Shown here: one piece after another, positions 1-13,429 of the stretch
Position numbering within the stretch: the stretch's first letter is position 1
Layout: every line of letters begins with the position of its first letter
Source: the human T2T-CHM13v2.0 reference genome, Homo sapiens
Assembly: GCF_009914755.1 (NCBI RefSeq)
Contig: NC_060927.1
Strand: one strand, 5' to 3'
DNA: 64,000 nucleotides
Translations under genes and position numbers: made by a program
The notes under the pieces: model-generated
Told to the model about the DNA's origin: nothing
Databases searched by the model: none
What the model saw: only the letters and a program-made list of their open reading frames with translations

Positions 1-294
1 GACAAGACAGAGAACATTGGCCTGTGCATTTCCACAGGATAACCTTCCAAAACTTGATGCTGGGTTGCTTCTAAAGTGTCTATATCAAGCCCTGAATATT
101 AGCATACTACCAGATTAAGGAACTTTGAGTCTAAGTGGTACATTCAATAATTTAATTCAACAACTATTTGTTTGAGCATCTGCTATGTGCTAAGCAGGAA
201 AGAAATAGTCAAGGGGAACACAGTCTGCACCAGAAGTCATCAGCATGTGCTACATCAGATGCTGTGTTCAAAGATCCCACGTCCTCTTTTGGTT

Positions 295-510
295 TTTAAA
301 GTGAGCTTTGAAGTCAGATAAACTTGGGTCTAATTCATTTTTTGCCACTTACTTCTTCTGTTACCTAGGCTAAGCTACTCAACTTGCATGGGTCTCAGTT
401 TTGTTGCCTACAAAGTAGGGATAATAATACGTATTTCACAAGTTGTAGAATAAATAAAATTATTTAAGGAAAAAACAATTCCTAAGGTGGAAGTTACTCT
501 GTAAATGTTG
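295..510 (+). mobile_element. MIR SINE
   Basis: MIR core-like text: gaagtcagataaacttgggtc...ctcagttttgttgcctacaaagtagggataataata. Confidence 0.65.
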
Positions 511-1098
511 CTCCTTCCTTCAGGTTTTATAATGATTTGCTTATGGGGACATCAGAGATATTGAGTATCATATAAAATTGGTTTTTAATTTGAAAATGTA
601 AATTTTTACATGTATTGTTTACTTTGTGGATTAACTATAATTCCAGATTGGCTTCCACAAACTCAGGTTATGACTTATCATTTAATATGCCAGTAGTCAT
701 TTGTTTATCCAACAAATATTTAAATATCTTTTATGGCATAGTCAATGTATGTGTGGGGAATAAAAGCTGCCTTTGATATAAGCTTAGTCCAGACATGTTC
801 AGGAAAGAAAATCTGCCATGAAGAAAATCCTGTATGGAAGGCATTTTCAGGACAGTAGAAGATGGGTTCAGAGAAGCAGGGCTACCAGCAGAGACACTCC
901 TCAAATGCTAGCAGAAAAAAACCCTAACAAATGCCTGACTGCAGAAGAATCCTGGGAGCCTGGACTTGCCTCTCATTCTTGAATTGCATTTATTCTGGGA
1001 ACTAAGCAGAGTGCTGTGTCAATCTGCTATGAGGGAGGCAGAATTATAAATAGAATATGTGCTACAAATAGAAAGTGAGATGAAAGATGGCATTTTTG

Positions 1099-1316
1099 GG
1101 CTTTCACGGCTTCCCCCCACCCCCCGCCCCCACCTCCTTCAGCAGAGGGAGAAGTCATCCAGTTTTGGTGAAGGCAAAAAATTCAGAAGCCATCATTCCA
1201 AGAGCAGTGGAAGGAAGGGAGGAAGGAGAAAGTATGAAAGTGGTGAAAAGTATAGAAGTGGGAAGAGTTGAGTGAGATGTGAATAGAGGGGTGGGAGGGT
1301 AAGCTGGCCTCCCGGG
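1099..1316 (+). repeat. Local direct repeat A, copy 1 (~200 bp)
   Basis: Aligns by eye with 1883-2079, e.g. ccttcagcagagggagaa...catccagttttggtg...gccatcattccaag...aagtatgaaagtggt...gggtgggagggtaagctgg. Confidence 0.9.
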
Positions 1317-1709
1317 CAGATGAGAGGAAACCAAAGAGAAAAGCCCAGGGCTAGGACACAGAATGAAGATTTACCCAGCTGGAGAGAAACTTGAAATAAC
1401 AAGATAGTAACAACACATGGCCAGACAGGGATTGGGTTGGAAAAGAATTAAAAAGCTTAAACCCTAAAAATGGAATTAGGTGGGAAGGCTAATGTGACTG
1501 TGAGATAAAAGACCCAGGCCTGATCAGTAACATTCCCAGGTAGCTCCATTTACCCTTTTCCCCAAAGCAGACCTTGACCTTCAGCTTTCAAGGTGAAACT
1601 TGGCCTTCACCTTTCAAGGCGAATATCTTCAAAGGTATTTTTGAATCTGTAATGAGGTGTCATTTCATCACGTATGGGGAAGGGTGTTCTACCTGTGGTT
1701 GAGGAAGCC

Positions 1710-2170
1710 TTAGTGGGAAAAAGTCTTGAAGTTGGAGGTGGGTTCTGGTCCCAGCATTGCCATCAACTAGATATGTGACCTCAAACAAGTCACCTGACTA
1801 GCCTCTGTGAGCTGGGTTTGGATATCATCTCTTCCATGAACTGCCTGTTTAATCTTGGTCTATTTACTTCCTTTATCTGTAGACTTTCACAGCTTTCTTC
1901 CCTTCAGCAGAGGGAGAAAAGCCATCCATCCAGTTTTGGTGGAGGCAAGAAATTCAGGAGCCATCATTCCAAGTTAAGTGAAAGGGAAGGAGGAAATAAA
2001 AAGTATGAAAGTGGTAAAAAGCATAGAGGTGGGAGTGCGATGTAAACAGAAGGGTGGGAGGGTAAGCTGGTTTCCTGGGGCTTCATAGCTAGTCTTCATT
2101 TTTTTTCAGATCTGCAAAATGATGGGTATTAGACTCTATGTTTTAAAAGCTGCTGCCTGATGTAAAGTTC
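1710..2170 (+). mobile_element. MIR fragments split by the repeat A copy
   Basis: tgtgacctcaaacaagtcac and gctgggtttggat...ttacttcctttatctgt lie before the insert. cttcattttttttcagatctgcaaaatgatggg lies after it. Confidence 0.55.
1883..2079 (+). repeat. Local direct repeat A, copy 2 (interrupts a MIR)
   Basis: Diverged copy of 1099-1316, flanked by MIR-core sequence on both sides. Confidence 0.9.
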
Positions 2171-3494
2171 TACACTTTAATACTTGAATGAATACTTAGG
2201 GTGAGAAAGAATAGTGACCCCCTAACTTAATTTGTTCTACAATAGGAAACAGCTGTCATGGAGGTCATTCAGCTGAGATGCTGGATGAATTGACAGCTTT
2301 AAGTCCTGCTATAGTCAGAATATGTCTCCTCTCCACCTGGCAGCGATCCATGCCTCCCACCATTGCTCTATTGCAGGGGTACCAACTTTGGATCTGTGCT
2401 GCTTGAGTGGGGGAGCTCCCACAGTGTTTGTTCATACAAGAGGGTTTTTAGCAGCTACCTACCCAGAATAATTTGGGAAGAAGGCCTATAGATGCCATAA
2501 AATGGAGGTTCCTCAAGGAATTCTCAGGGGAAATGTTACAATAGCACTCTGCCGAGGAGATGAGATGCACCTAGTTATTTTGTAAGTAGAAGGTGTGGAA
2601 CTGCAGGTATGGTTCTGCTTTGTTGCCCCAAAGTGATCAAAGTTTTGCAGCCCAAACAAGGATTTGGGGAAGTCACAGCTCAGAGAACACCCAAGCACAT
2701 CAACGTTCAAAAGTGTAGTATGAAGTGGTACTGTCCAAACTCATTAATCAGGAACAGCCACATGGTATATATAGGAACTTACATTCTTTTACCTTACAAA
2801 TTACATTATCAATTCACCTTGATGCAATAATGTGTCCTCCCATTGGTCCTTGAGCTTTATTAAGATGGTTTCTTTGGCCAGAGTCCCTTTGAGGTCACCA
2901 TAAAGAGAACCCAACTTACCTATGGAGATTCTATTGCTTCTGCTCTGTCTTCTACTCATCTATTTCTCAGCCCTAATGGAACTAGTATGCAAAACACTAG
3001 TAGGGAGATAATGTTGAATCTTGTCAGCCTTTATAACTTGATCTAGTAAGGTACTCCTCAAATAGCTCGGGTAATCTGTCCCAATGTAGTCCTGATTTTG
3101 CCCAATCAAATACACTTCTGAGAATAGATATGAATTCAGACACGGCCACTGGGTCACACTGTCTGGGGGGCATCAGTCTTGGAGGTTAGGAGTCCTGGCC
3201 AGGGAAACAGGAGACTCACTATCCTATCAAGGATTGTATACAGCACACCCATATCTGGGGATGAATGTGGGTCTTGGTCAGAAACCATCCTTGTGGGAAA
3301 CCGAGGGCATTCCTAGTAGACAAAGTATCCTCTCTGCTGGGGGTATTTTGTCACAGTGACAAAGTGTGGTGTTTTGCAAAGCTGGTTGACTACCGTCACC
3401 TCTTAGAAGGGGTAAACCCATCATAAAGATTGATTGATGGCAGCGTCAGACTGACTATGGCTTATAATTGGAGCTCTGTTTGAGTTAGGGTCTT

Positions 3495-3660
3495 GTTCTC
3501 TAACTCAAACAGAAGTACAGCCCTGGACAGGTAGCATTAGCATCATCTGGAAGTTTGTGAAAAAGCAGGCTCAGGCCTCATGCCAATCCTACTGGATCAA
3601 AACTCCATTTGACAAGATTCCCAGGCAATTTGTATGTCCATTAAAGTTTAAAAGGCCCTG
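3495..3660. mobile_element. MER5-type hAT-Charlie DNA transposon
   Basis: gcattagcatcatctggaagtttgtgaaaaagcagg...gacaagattcccaggcaatttgtatgtccattaaagttt is typical MER5A/B text. Confidence 0.7.
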
Positions 3661-3973
3661 GGTTAGGGTGCTTCTTTTGAAAAGAACGTAAGTATCTCTT
3701 CTATAGGCCAGTCATTTACATTGTAATGAGATAGCTTAATCAGAATACTTCTCATTTATCCTTTAGCTAAAATATACCAGAATGGGAATCTTTTTTGCAA
3801 GGGAGGGATCACCAAACCCCCAACTCCTGACCGCTACTGTAACTTCAGCTTTTACCATGGGGATCTAGCACACAGTAGCATCAACATATCTTTTGTCATT
3901 TGGCTGAATAACTTCTTCACAATGAGAAAGAATACGTGGTTTTGTATTTTTCAGTATTTGACATATGCTCAGG

Positions 3974-4478
3974 TGTGGTGGGCAGAATAACAGACTACAA
4001 ATGTCCATGTCCTAATCCCTAGAACCTGTGAATATGTTACCTTACAGGGCAAAGGGGAGTGGAGGTTGCAGATAAAATTAAGGTGGCTAAGCAGCTGATT
4101 TTAAGATAGAGAGAGTGTCCTGGGTGATCCAGGTGGGCCCCATATAATCACAAGTGTCCTGAAAAGTGAAAGAGGGAGGCAGAAGAGAAGGTCAGAGTCA
4201 GAGAAGGAGATGTGAGAAGGACTAGCACTGCCCCTGCTGGCTTTGAAGACAGAGGAGGAGGGCCATGAGTTGAGAAATGTGGGTGATTTCTAGAAGCTGG
4301 AACAGCCAAGGAAACTCTCCTAGAGCCCTCAGAAAAGAACGCAGTGCTACCAACACTTTGATTTTTGCCCAATAAGACATGTGGTAGACTTCTTACCTAC
4401 AGAACTGTAGGACAATAAATTTATGTTGTTTTAAGCTATTAAGTGTGTAGTAATTTGTATGGCAACAATAGAAAACCC
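3974..4478 (+). mobile_element. MLT1D-like MaLR solo LTR
   Basis: Starts tgtggtgggcagaataa...gtccatgtcctaatccctagaacctgtgaatatgttacc and ends aataaatttatgttgttttaagc...gcaacaatagaaaac. Confidence 0.8.
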
Positions 4479-4679
4479 ACAAAGCAAGAAACAGCTCATT
4501 TGTTTTGAATATGAAAAACAGACAAAAAGCTAGAATTACATCTAATTTTTTTCTTTTGTATATCTTTTGGAATTCAGGTGTACATGTTTGAGGTAATCCT
4601 GCTTCTCAGTTTGTGGAATATTATCATACTATCATCATAGAAGAACCAACCTTTTTATGAAAACATTTTTAAAGGTTTA

Positions 4680-5215
4680 TTGTTTTTTCCACTTCATCTA
4701 TCATTCCTAATTCCACTGCCCTCCTCCCATAGGCATCCACTCTAATACATTTAATATAGTTCTTCCAATCCATCCAACAGATGTTTATTTAGATATATAA
4801 GCGTCCCTACAAAAATATACAAGGCTGCCTTATGTGTGTGTTTGATACATAAATGGAATTGTGCTATAAATCCCATTCTGTTTTTGCTTTTTTTTTCTTA
4901 ACTCCATTTTTGAGATCAATCCAGGTTTCTAAATGAAAATACAGTTCATTTTCCTATTGTGTACACATATTACATTTTGCCTGTACATTCCTTAGAGATG
5001 GACACCTAGGTTGTCTCCAGCAGGGTGGTGGTGAAGCTTGTTAGGAACATCTTGTGTTCCCTGGGAAGAATTTCCCCAGGTGTATACCCAGGAGTGGGCT
5101 TGGTGGATTTAAGGTGCACAATTGTCCCTCAGAATGGTGCACCTGCAGTGGGTGAGGGCTCTCTTTCCCCACCTCTTTGCCAATGCTTGGTAATATCTGA
5201 CTTAAAAAGTGATAT
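4680..5215 (-). mobile_element. Old L1 (L1ME-like) fragment
   Basis: Degenerate antisense L1 3' text (gatggacacctaggttgtctccag, ccaggagtggg...ctggat). Confidence 0.5.
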
Positions 5216-6089
5216 GCAATGGGCAACAACTAGCTGTGAAAGGAAATGCTACATAGATGACTTAGTGGAAACCATGCTGTAAATGCAGAATGAGCAGGGA
5301 AAAGTTAAAAAAATAATTATTGAAGGAAGAGCGTCTTACCAGCAGGACAGATACGGCTGGGAAGAGGAAAGCCCTCCAGGCAAGAAGGTTGTGTGTGTGG
5401 CTCACCATTGAGTGGTCTTTATCACCAGTGAGATCACCCTTCTTCTGACTACAGCTATCTGGAACTCAGTCTAGTCTATTTCCAGCCTGAGGTTTTTGCT
5501 AAACCTCCCTGGACACGTGAGGGGCTCTCTCGGCTCAGCTTCCAACTCCTTCTCTGCTTTAACTTCCTCTTTGCCACTTTACAAATTTGTGTGATATAAT
5601 GACTTTTGACAGATGCATACCTCTGGGAAAGCACCATTATTACCACATGAAACATTTTCATCATTCCAAAAAGTTCCCTTGTATATGTTTGCAGTCCATC
5701 CTGCCTCCTGCTCTTAGCATCATAGAACTACTGATTTTCTTTGTGTCACTTCAGGCAAGCCACATTTTCCAGAATTTTATATAAATAGAATTGTTTAGTA
5801 TGTACTCTTTTGTGTCTGGCTTTTTTCCACTCAGCATAATTATTTTGAGATTCATTCATGTTATTGACATATCAATAATTTATTTGTTTTTACTGCTGAA
5901 TAGTATTCCATTGTATGAATATAAGGCATTTTGTTTCTCTTGCTGAGGGACATTTGTTTTGGGCTATTATTATTAAAGCTTCTATAGACATTCATATATA
6001 AGCTTTTGTGTGGACATACGTTTTAATTTCCTTGAATACTTAGGAGTCCAATGGCTGGGTCATATGACAGGTGTATGTTTAACATTTTA

Positions 6090-6482
<393 letters not shown>

Positions 6483-6821
6483 TTACATTCTGAAGAGCAT
6501 TATAGGAGAATTCCAGTTGTTTCCACATTCTTGTCAAGGGTTGGTAGGGTCAGTCTTTTAAATTTCTTGCCATTTTAGTGACTGTGCATTGGTATTTCAT
6601 TGTGGTTTATTTGCATGATGACTAATGCTCAACACCAACTAATCATGTTGAGTATTTTTAATGTGCTTATTTGCCACTCATATATCTTCTTTGATGAAGT
6701 GTCTCTTCAAATATTTTGCCCATTTAAAAACTGTATTGATTCTTATTATTGAATTGCAATAATTCTTTCTATCCGGATATATATCCTTTGCCAGATATGT
6801 GTATTACAAATGTTTTCTCCT

Positions 6822-7030
6822 AGCCTTCCACCTCAGCCTCCCAAGTAGCTGGGAATGCAGGTGTGCACCACCACTCCAGGGTTTTTTGTTGTTGTTGTTG
6901 TTGTTTTTCTGTAGAGACAGGGTCTTGCCATGCTGCCGAGGCTGCTCTCAAACTCCTGGGATCAAGAAATCCTCCTGCCTCGGCCTCCCAAAGTGCTGAC
7001 ATTACAAGCATGAGCCACTGTGCCTGGCTA
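6822..7030 (-). mobile_element. AluJ fragment with (TTG)n linker
   Basis: cctcagcctcccaagtagctggga...(ttg)n...ctcccaaagtgctgacattacaagcatgagccactgtgcctggc. Confidence 0.85.
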
Positions 7031-8532
7031 ACTTTTCATCTTTTAAAGTAGTGTCTTGCAAAGAACAACATTTTAATGAAGTCCAATTTATCAACTTTTT
7101 GATTCATTGTCCATGCTTTTTGCATAATAAGAAATCTTTGCCTGCCTCAAAATTGCAAAGCTTTTCTTCTATGTTTTCCTCTAGAAATAGTTTTAGATTT
7201 TTACATCACTTGTGCTTATTCTTAACTTCCTCATTTGATCTCTTGGATCCTTGGGTTCATGGAGCTATTCTGGAAGGGTTACTAGTATCTCTTTTTGCTT
7301 GTAATGGGAGCAAACCTTAGGACCTAACTGGAGTCCTTTGATTACATCATCAGCCTTTTGGGGTTGCAATCACATAAACATACTGAAGAAAATTCCAGTA
7401 GGAGAGTGTTCTCTCCTACTTAGGTACTGTAATAGAGAATTAGACTAGCTACCCTTTTGGGAGCCTAAACTGGATTTATATCCCTCTGAAGAAAAGTAGG
7501 TGGAGTGCCAGGAGCTGATTTGGCTAAAAGAAGAGGGAAGGTGTTCTTGCTGAAATGCCTGGGGAGAACAGGGGGATCAGGAGGCAACAAGGTGTCTGTC
7601 CTGGATATTTATGATGAGCCAAATTCTAGCAAGTCAAGCAGAAACTGAAGGATGTGATTTCATAACCAATGTTGTGAGACAGAAGAGCGCAAAGGTGCTG
7701 CATTGGCACCTGGAGGGAAAGTGTCCTAAGGGGGAGGAATAAGACACTTTTTCCCACTTCATGTAGACTCAGCATGGTTTTAGCCAGAAAACACTCTGGG
7801 AAGTCTAGGGCCACTTTGGCACCGTGGGAGTTTGCAGCTCTGGTTGCTCCAAGAGCACAAATATTAATGTAGCACAGATATTAATATTATTAATTAGCAC
7901 AGACATTAATGTAGTCACAGAAAGAAAAAGAGATGAAAAAGAGACAGGTTCTTCACTGCATGAGAGGCTCCGTTTGGGATCTCTCAGAAATGTGGAAGCA
8001 GAGGCTACAGCACAAGCCTGGGTTATTGCTAGTAGCAAGACAGAAAATAAGGCTTGGGTAAGCTGTAGTTATAGTTACAATGGAAATGACTGGCCCAAGA
8101 GAGTGCTACAGATTACATAGCAGCTACTAAGAAAAAGGACAGGCAGAAGGGGTAGGCAAGACATGTTCTCTGGCTGTTGCAGCCACCAAAAAGCCAGGAT
8201 ACAAAGGCAGGGAGTTATCTGAACTGCCTTCCTGGAGGGTCATGCATTTAGGATCCGACTCATTGACTCTTTTCCTTAATTTTGCTCTGTACATTTCTCT
8301 AAGAGGGCTAACCAGTGTCAAGGTTTGATAATATCTGAAATGGTATTCTGGTGCCAAAGTATCATCTCACAAATTATTTAGAAATTGCAAAGAGAAAATA
8401 TATTTTATAATCCAGATATCTGGCAGTTAACCACATGACCAAATTTAGCATCACTAACAGTAGGACAACTAGATATTATATACCTCTTGCTGTGATATAC
8501 TATGAAGTACACATCATCAACTATGAAGTATT

Positions 8533-8817
<285 letters not shown>

Positions 8818-8874
8818 ACTATGAAGTATTCTTGCCAAAACTGATCAACCTAAATCTAATCAAGCTTCTGGGCC

Positions 8875-8935
8875 AGAACTGTCCAATAGCAATGTAATGT
8901 CAGCTACATGTAATTTAAAATTTTCTAGTTGCCAC
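8875..8935. mobile_element. MER3/MER33-like hAT fragment
   Basis: ctgtccaatagcaatgtaatgtcagctacatgtaatttaaaattttctagttgccac. Confidence 0.5.
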
Positions 8936-8939
8936 CAAA

Positions 8940-10125
8940 AGCACAGAAAAGAAAAAATAGATAAATTGTGCTACATCAAGATTAAATACTTCTTTGCATC
9001 AAAGGACATAATCAACACAGAGAAAAGGCAAACCACTGAATGGGAGAAAATATTTGCAAATTGATATTCATAATATGTAAAGAATCTTTACAACTCAACA
9101 CCCACAAAATAAAAAAAAAGATTAAAAAATGGGGAAAGGACTTGAATAGACATTTCTCCAAAGAAGATGTACAACTTGCCAATAAGCACAAGAAAAGACT
9201 AATTATGAGGGAAATGCAAATTAAAACCACAATGAGATCAAACACATTATGTTGGCTATCATAAAAAGAAAGTGCCAGGCGCAATGATCACAGCTACTCA
9301 ACAGGCTGGGTGGAAGAATCCCTTGAGACCAGGAGTTAGAGGCTGCAGTGTGTTATGATCATGCCTGTGAATAGCCACTGCACTCCAACATAGGTAACAT
9401 AGCAAGCCCCATCCATAAAATAAAATAAAATAAAATAAAATAAAGGCAACAAAAAATAACAAGTATTGGTAAGGATGTGGAGAAATTGGAACCCTCGTGC
9501 ATTGCTGGTGGGTGTGTAAAAAGGTATGGCTGCTGTGAAAAATGGGATGGCTATTCTTCAAAAAATTAACCACAGAATTACTATATGATCCAGCAATCCC
9601 ACTTCTGCATACACATCCAAAAGAAGTGGACTCAAGGACTCAGACAGATATTTGTACCCCCCTGTTCATAGCAGCATTATTTACAATAGCCAAAAAGTAG
9701 AAGCAACCACAGATTCATCAATGTATGAATGGATAAACAAAATGTGGCATATACACATAGTGGGATATCATTCAGCTTTAAAAAGGGAGGAAATTCTAAC
9801 ACATGCCACAACATGGATAAACCTAGAAGACATTGTGCTAAGTGAAATAAGTCAGTCACAAAAGCACAAATACGTTGTGATTCTATTTACATGAAGTACC
9901 AGAGTTGTCAAATTTATAGAGACAGAAAGTAGAATGGTCGTTGCCAGGGGCTGAGGAGTTAGTATTCTACTGGATGCAGTTTCAGTGGGGTAGATAAAAA
10001 ATTCTGGAGGTGGATGGTGGTGATGGTTGTGCAACAATGTGACTGTACTTAATGCCACTGAACTGTACATTTAAAAATGTTTAAAATGGTACATTTTATG
10101 TTGTGTGTATTTTAGCACAATGAAA
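8940..10125 (+). mobile_element. L1MB 3' portion (ORF2 end + 3' UTR), interrupted by a FAM
   Basis: L1 ORF2-like peptide [22 protein letters not shown] and MQIKTTMR, plus catagcagcattatttacaatagccaaaa. Ends with L1MB-type gtacttaatgccactgaactgtacatttaaaaatg. Confidence 0.88.
9272..9445 (+). mobile_element. FAM (fossil Alu monomer) with (AAAAT)n tail
   Basis: Contains the 7SL-type gcctgtgaatagccactgcactcc segment diagnostic of FAM. Confidence 0.75.
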
Positions 10126-10129
10126 ACAG

Positions 10130-10490
10130 CTATAAAAGGCATTCTTGAAACAACCGAGGATATCTGATATTCTGAAATTATTATTACTTTTCTTAGGTGT
10201 AATAATAGTATTGTGGTTATATCTATACATTATATAAAAACAGGATAATGTCCTTATTCCTAGGAGATGCCTTCTGAAGTATTTGGAGATAAAGTGCTCT
10301 GATATCTATGACTTTCAAATGGTTTGGAACACTTAAAGACAGAAAAACAAAAACATTGCACACACACCACACATACAGATAAGCAAATGTGGCAAAAGAT
10401 GAACAACTGGTGAATTAGGAATGGGGTAAACAGGTATTAATTGTTTCATTCTTATAATGTTTTCTGTCTCCTTGAAAATGTTTATAGAAA
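10130..10490 (+). mobile_element. Old L1 (L1MC/ME) 3' end
   Basis: ggtgtaataatagtattgtggttat...gataagcaaatgtggcaaaa...acaactggtgaatt. Probably continues the fragment at ~8400-8870. Confidence 0.55.
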
Positions 10491-11985
10491 ACATGGGGCC
10501 AAGAAAGGAGGAGGCCAGGAGACTTCAGGAAATGGTCAAATCATGTCCCCAAGCAGGGGACATAGTCTTCTCTGTCTTCTCCATAAAGTTCCTAAGGATG
10601 ATCCATACATGTACAGGGAGCAATGACAAAGGAAAGGAGCTCTTAATTGAGCTTGTGTCTGAAAGCTAAGTGCCTCTCTTTGTTGAGTGGCCTAGGCCAG
10701 AGGCTTACATGTGCCTCTCTTTCCCCCCAAGCAAAGCCCAAGTTAGGAGACTTTCTTCATGGGACAGATCCCAAAAGTGATAAAAGTACCACAGCAAGCA
10801 TGAGAGAAGAGAACTGAGAATCAGACAGCATCTTCAACAATGCAGAGGAAGGACACCACCTTTTACTAAGTGATGCCCACTCAGTGTGAGAAATCTCTCC
10901 ATCAAGTTGAGGTACAGAGTAAGGGGCACGGGGAGAAGGGAAGATGACTTGAGTTTCTTCTTTTCCCAGAGGTAAAGGGTAGATGGATTGAAGCCCTTAG
11001 AGAGTGATTATGAGAAGGCCACCCTCCCACCCCTGTAAGTATTTCTAGCACTGCCATAAATGATGTGAAGGCCATTGTTTTTAGAGGAGCTGCAAAAAGG
11101 AGAAGCTCCAATTGGAGAAGTCAGTATCTGGTAAAGCAGTACTGTTGCTGACCTCTCTAAGGCTGTGTCCAGCAACCAAGACCTCCAGTAGAAGGGGAGG
11201 TGTTGTGAGCCATAATAAAATGCTTAGGCATTCAGAGGGAAAATTATAAGCACCAACGATGACTTTCATTAACAGCCAAAGAATCACATGATGTAAAATT
11301 GAAAGAAGCGCAGCTTACCTGGTGGAATCATCTACTATCTTTCCTTCTCTTTAACTCATTTTTTTATAACCTGACAAAACAGAGGTTCAGATCATAGGCA
11401 TAATTCAGGTCCTGTAATTTGGAGTATTATGGAGGCAAAGTAACTGAGATTGCTTTGGCATAAATTATTGGCATTATCACTCCAATTTAACCACTCTGTA
11501 AACATTTTATAATATAGATGAGCTCAGGGAAGGGCCAGGGTAGAGATGAGATTTGGGGATAAGGGAACAGATCCTTGAAGCAAAGCAGGAGACCTCTGAC
11601 TTCCAACTTAACTGGACGTTGGATGAGAGTCTCATGCTGAACCAGCAGAAACTGAGCCACTTACAACTCTGCTTGAAGCTTCTCCTAAACTCTGGTATTT
11701 TGCCAACTTCCTGAAATAATCAAACCATCCTTGGCACACAGTTAAAACTACTTCCTTTGATGCCTCACTGTATCTTTTTGTAAAGGTTTAGAAAAGAGGC
11801 AATGCCTTTAGCTGAATAGTTGTTTGTTTCAGAGGATATTGACTTACTGCATCTGATCAGGAATTAGTTTATCCTATATTCCTATTACCACTCCTTGCAA
11901 TAACCTAGTGTCAAGTGACTTGGCATGGTGAGGGAGTGAGGCAGTTGTAAGTATATATTTTAAAAACAGACTTTGTCCCTGCCCT

Positions 11986-12156
11986 TGGATTCTGATGTAT
12001 CCCATGGAGTCTCTAAGGGAATATGGCTTCTCCAATACTTTCTCAAACAGCTGTTGAGAATCGTCCTTTGTAGTGAGAAATATTACTGATGTGGAGCCAG
12101 GAAAAAGTATGATAGCCACGGCAGTAGGGGGTGGTTGTGTGTGTCCTCAGCTCAGT
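11986..12156 (+). repeat. Local direct repeat B, copy 1 (~170 bp)
   Basis: Aligns with 13653-13835 and ends in the 27-bp identity ggtggttgtgtgtgtcctcagctcagt. Confidence 0.9.
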
Positions 12157-12299
12157 TATCTTCTTAGCATGGGACTGTGAACTCAAGCTCATGTGCAACA
12201 CAACCCTGCACCTCAAAAATACCTGGGACAGTTGCTCAGTGAGTAGTGGTACGTTTAACTTCCTTCCAATTTGGTTTTTCCCATCTGGAAATATGGAGC

Positions 12300-12790
12300 T
12301 AGTGTGAGAAACACTGAATACATATCCCTCAGGCTGCCTTGCCATTTCAGTGTCTTCCAGACATCTTCCATCTGCCAGGATTTGCATCTTGGTGCTTGAG
12401 AACTTTACCTGGAACCCTCGAGGGTCATGGGCCTTAAAACACATGACAGTTCAGAAACACTGGAAAATTAACTGCCCTATCCCCCAGGAGCATCTGTCAA
12501 CCAATGAATGGTGGGAGATGATGTATAAATATCCCAACGATGTTATCCCTTGGGTGGAATAATTCTGAGGTGTGTGTCTTAGACAGTTTCTCAGAGTTTC
12601 TCTGCAGGATTAAGCTATAGTTGTCCTCTGTAGTTGGCTTAATAATCCACTTTTTATTGGCTGTCTTCCTTTCCCTGACTCACTTCCTCACTCACTTGCT
12701 GGTATTTCCCTGGATTATCTCCCAAATAAACCACTTGTTCTAAAATCCTTGTTTCAAGGTCGGCTTCTGGAAGACCCCAAACTAAGACGA
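12300..12790 (+). mobile_element. LTR16-family (ERVL) solo LTR
   Basis: 3' end cccaaataaaccacttgttctaaaatccttgtttcaaggtcggcttctggaagaccccaaactaagac. The 5' boundary is uncertain. Confidence 0.7.
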
Positions 12791-13429
12791 TTCTCCAGTA
12801 TAAGTTAGCATCATTAAACACACATTGCTGGAGAGCTGCTAAAGGAGAGAGATACTTCCTCCTCTTCTTACTTCTTCCTCCTCACATCCAAGGCAGTGGG
12901 GCTTGTGCCAAGATTTGTGAGCTGTGCTGGATGCTGGATGTGCTCTCCTCCACATAATATCTGCTCTGTGAAGACAGACCTTAGGGAGGCTTTTCCTCTT
13001 TATTGTACTTCAGGCACCATACTCATCACATGACCCAGCAATTGCCTGGGCTTTGCAGGCTCCAGATGGTCTTCCCACATGTTAACCCTCACAACAACCC
13101 CAAAGATAGGTCTTATAGATCCCTATTTAGTAGGTAAGGAAACGAAAGTTCCAGTGTTTTCCCAGGATCACTTGGTGGTACATCCCTGCAGGCCAACTGG
13201 AACTTGAAGCAAGCGACACAAGCTGGAGACTCTTATTTTCTCTACAGGACTGAAGTTTCAGTAAAGAGTCAGTTAACACAGTGGATTTTTCTAAGACTTT
13301 GGGGTTTGAAAGATCACTGGACTGGGCCAGAAAAGAGGAAGCAGAAAACATATCAATTCTTAGAGTGTGATATGTGAGATTCTTCCAAATGCTCTGTGGT
13401 CTGGTTCCATTGCCCCACAGAAGGTAGAT

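Noticed and set aside
1059-2045. Paralogous basic peptides in ORFs 1059-1271 and 1818-2045 as a microprotein family
   Set aside because: Non-ATG starts in the ORF track, different N-termini, and the similarity is fully explained by the DNA duplication. Purine-rich sequence is naturally stop-poor.
9040-9894. L1 ORF2-like peptides (also 20488-20781)
   Set aside because: Truncated, frameshifted fossil LINE-1 fragments, not functional genes.
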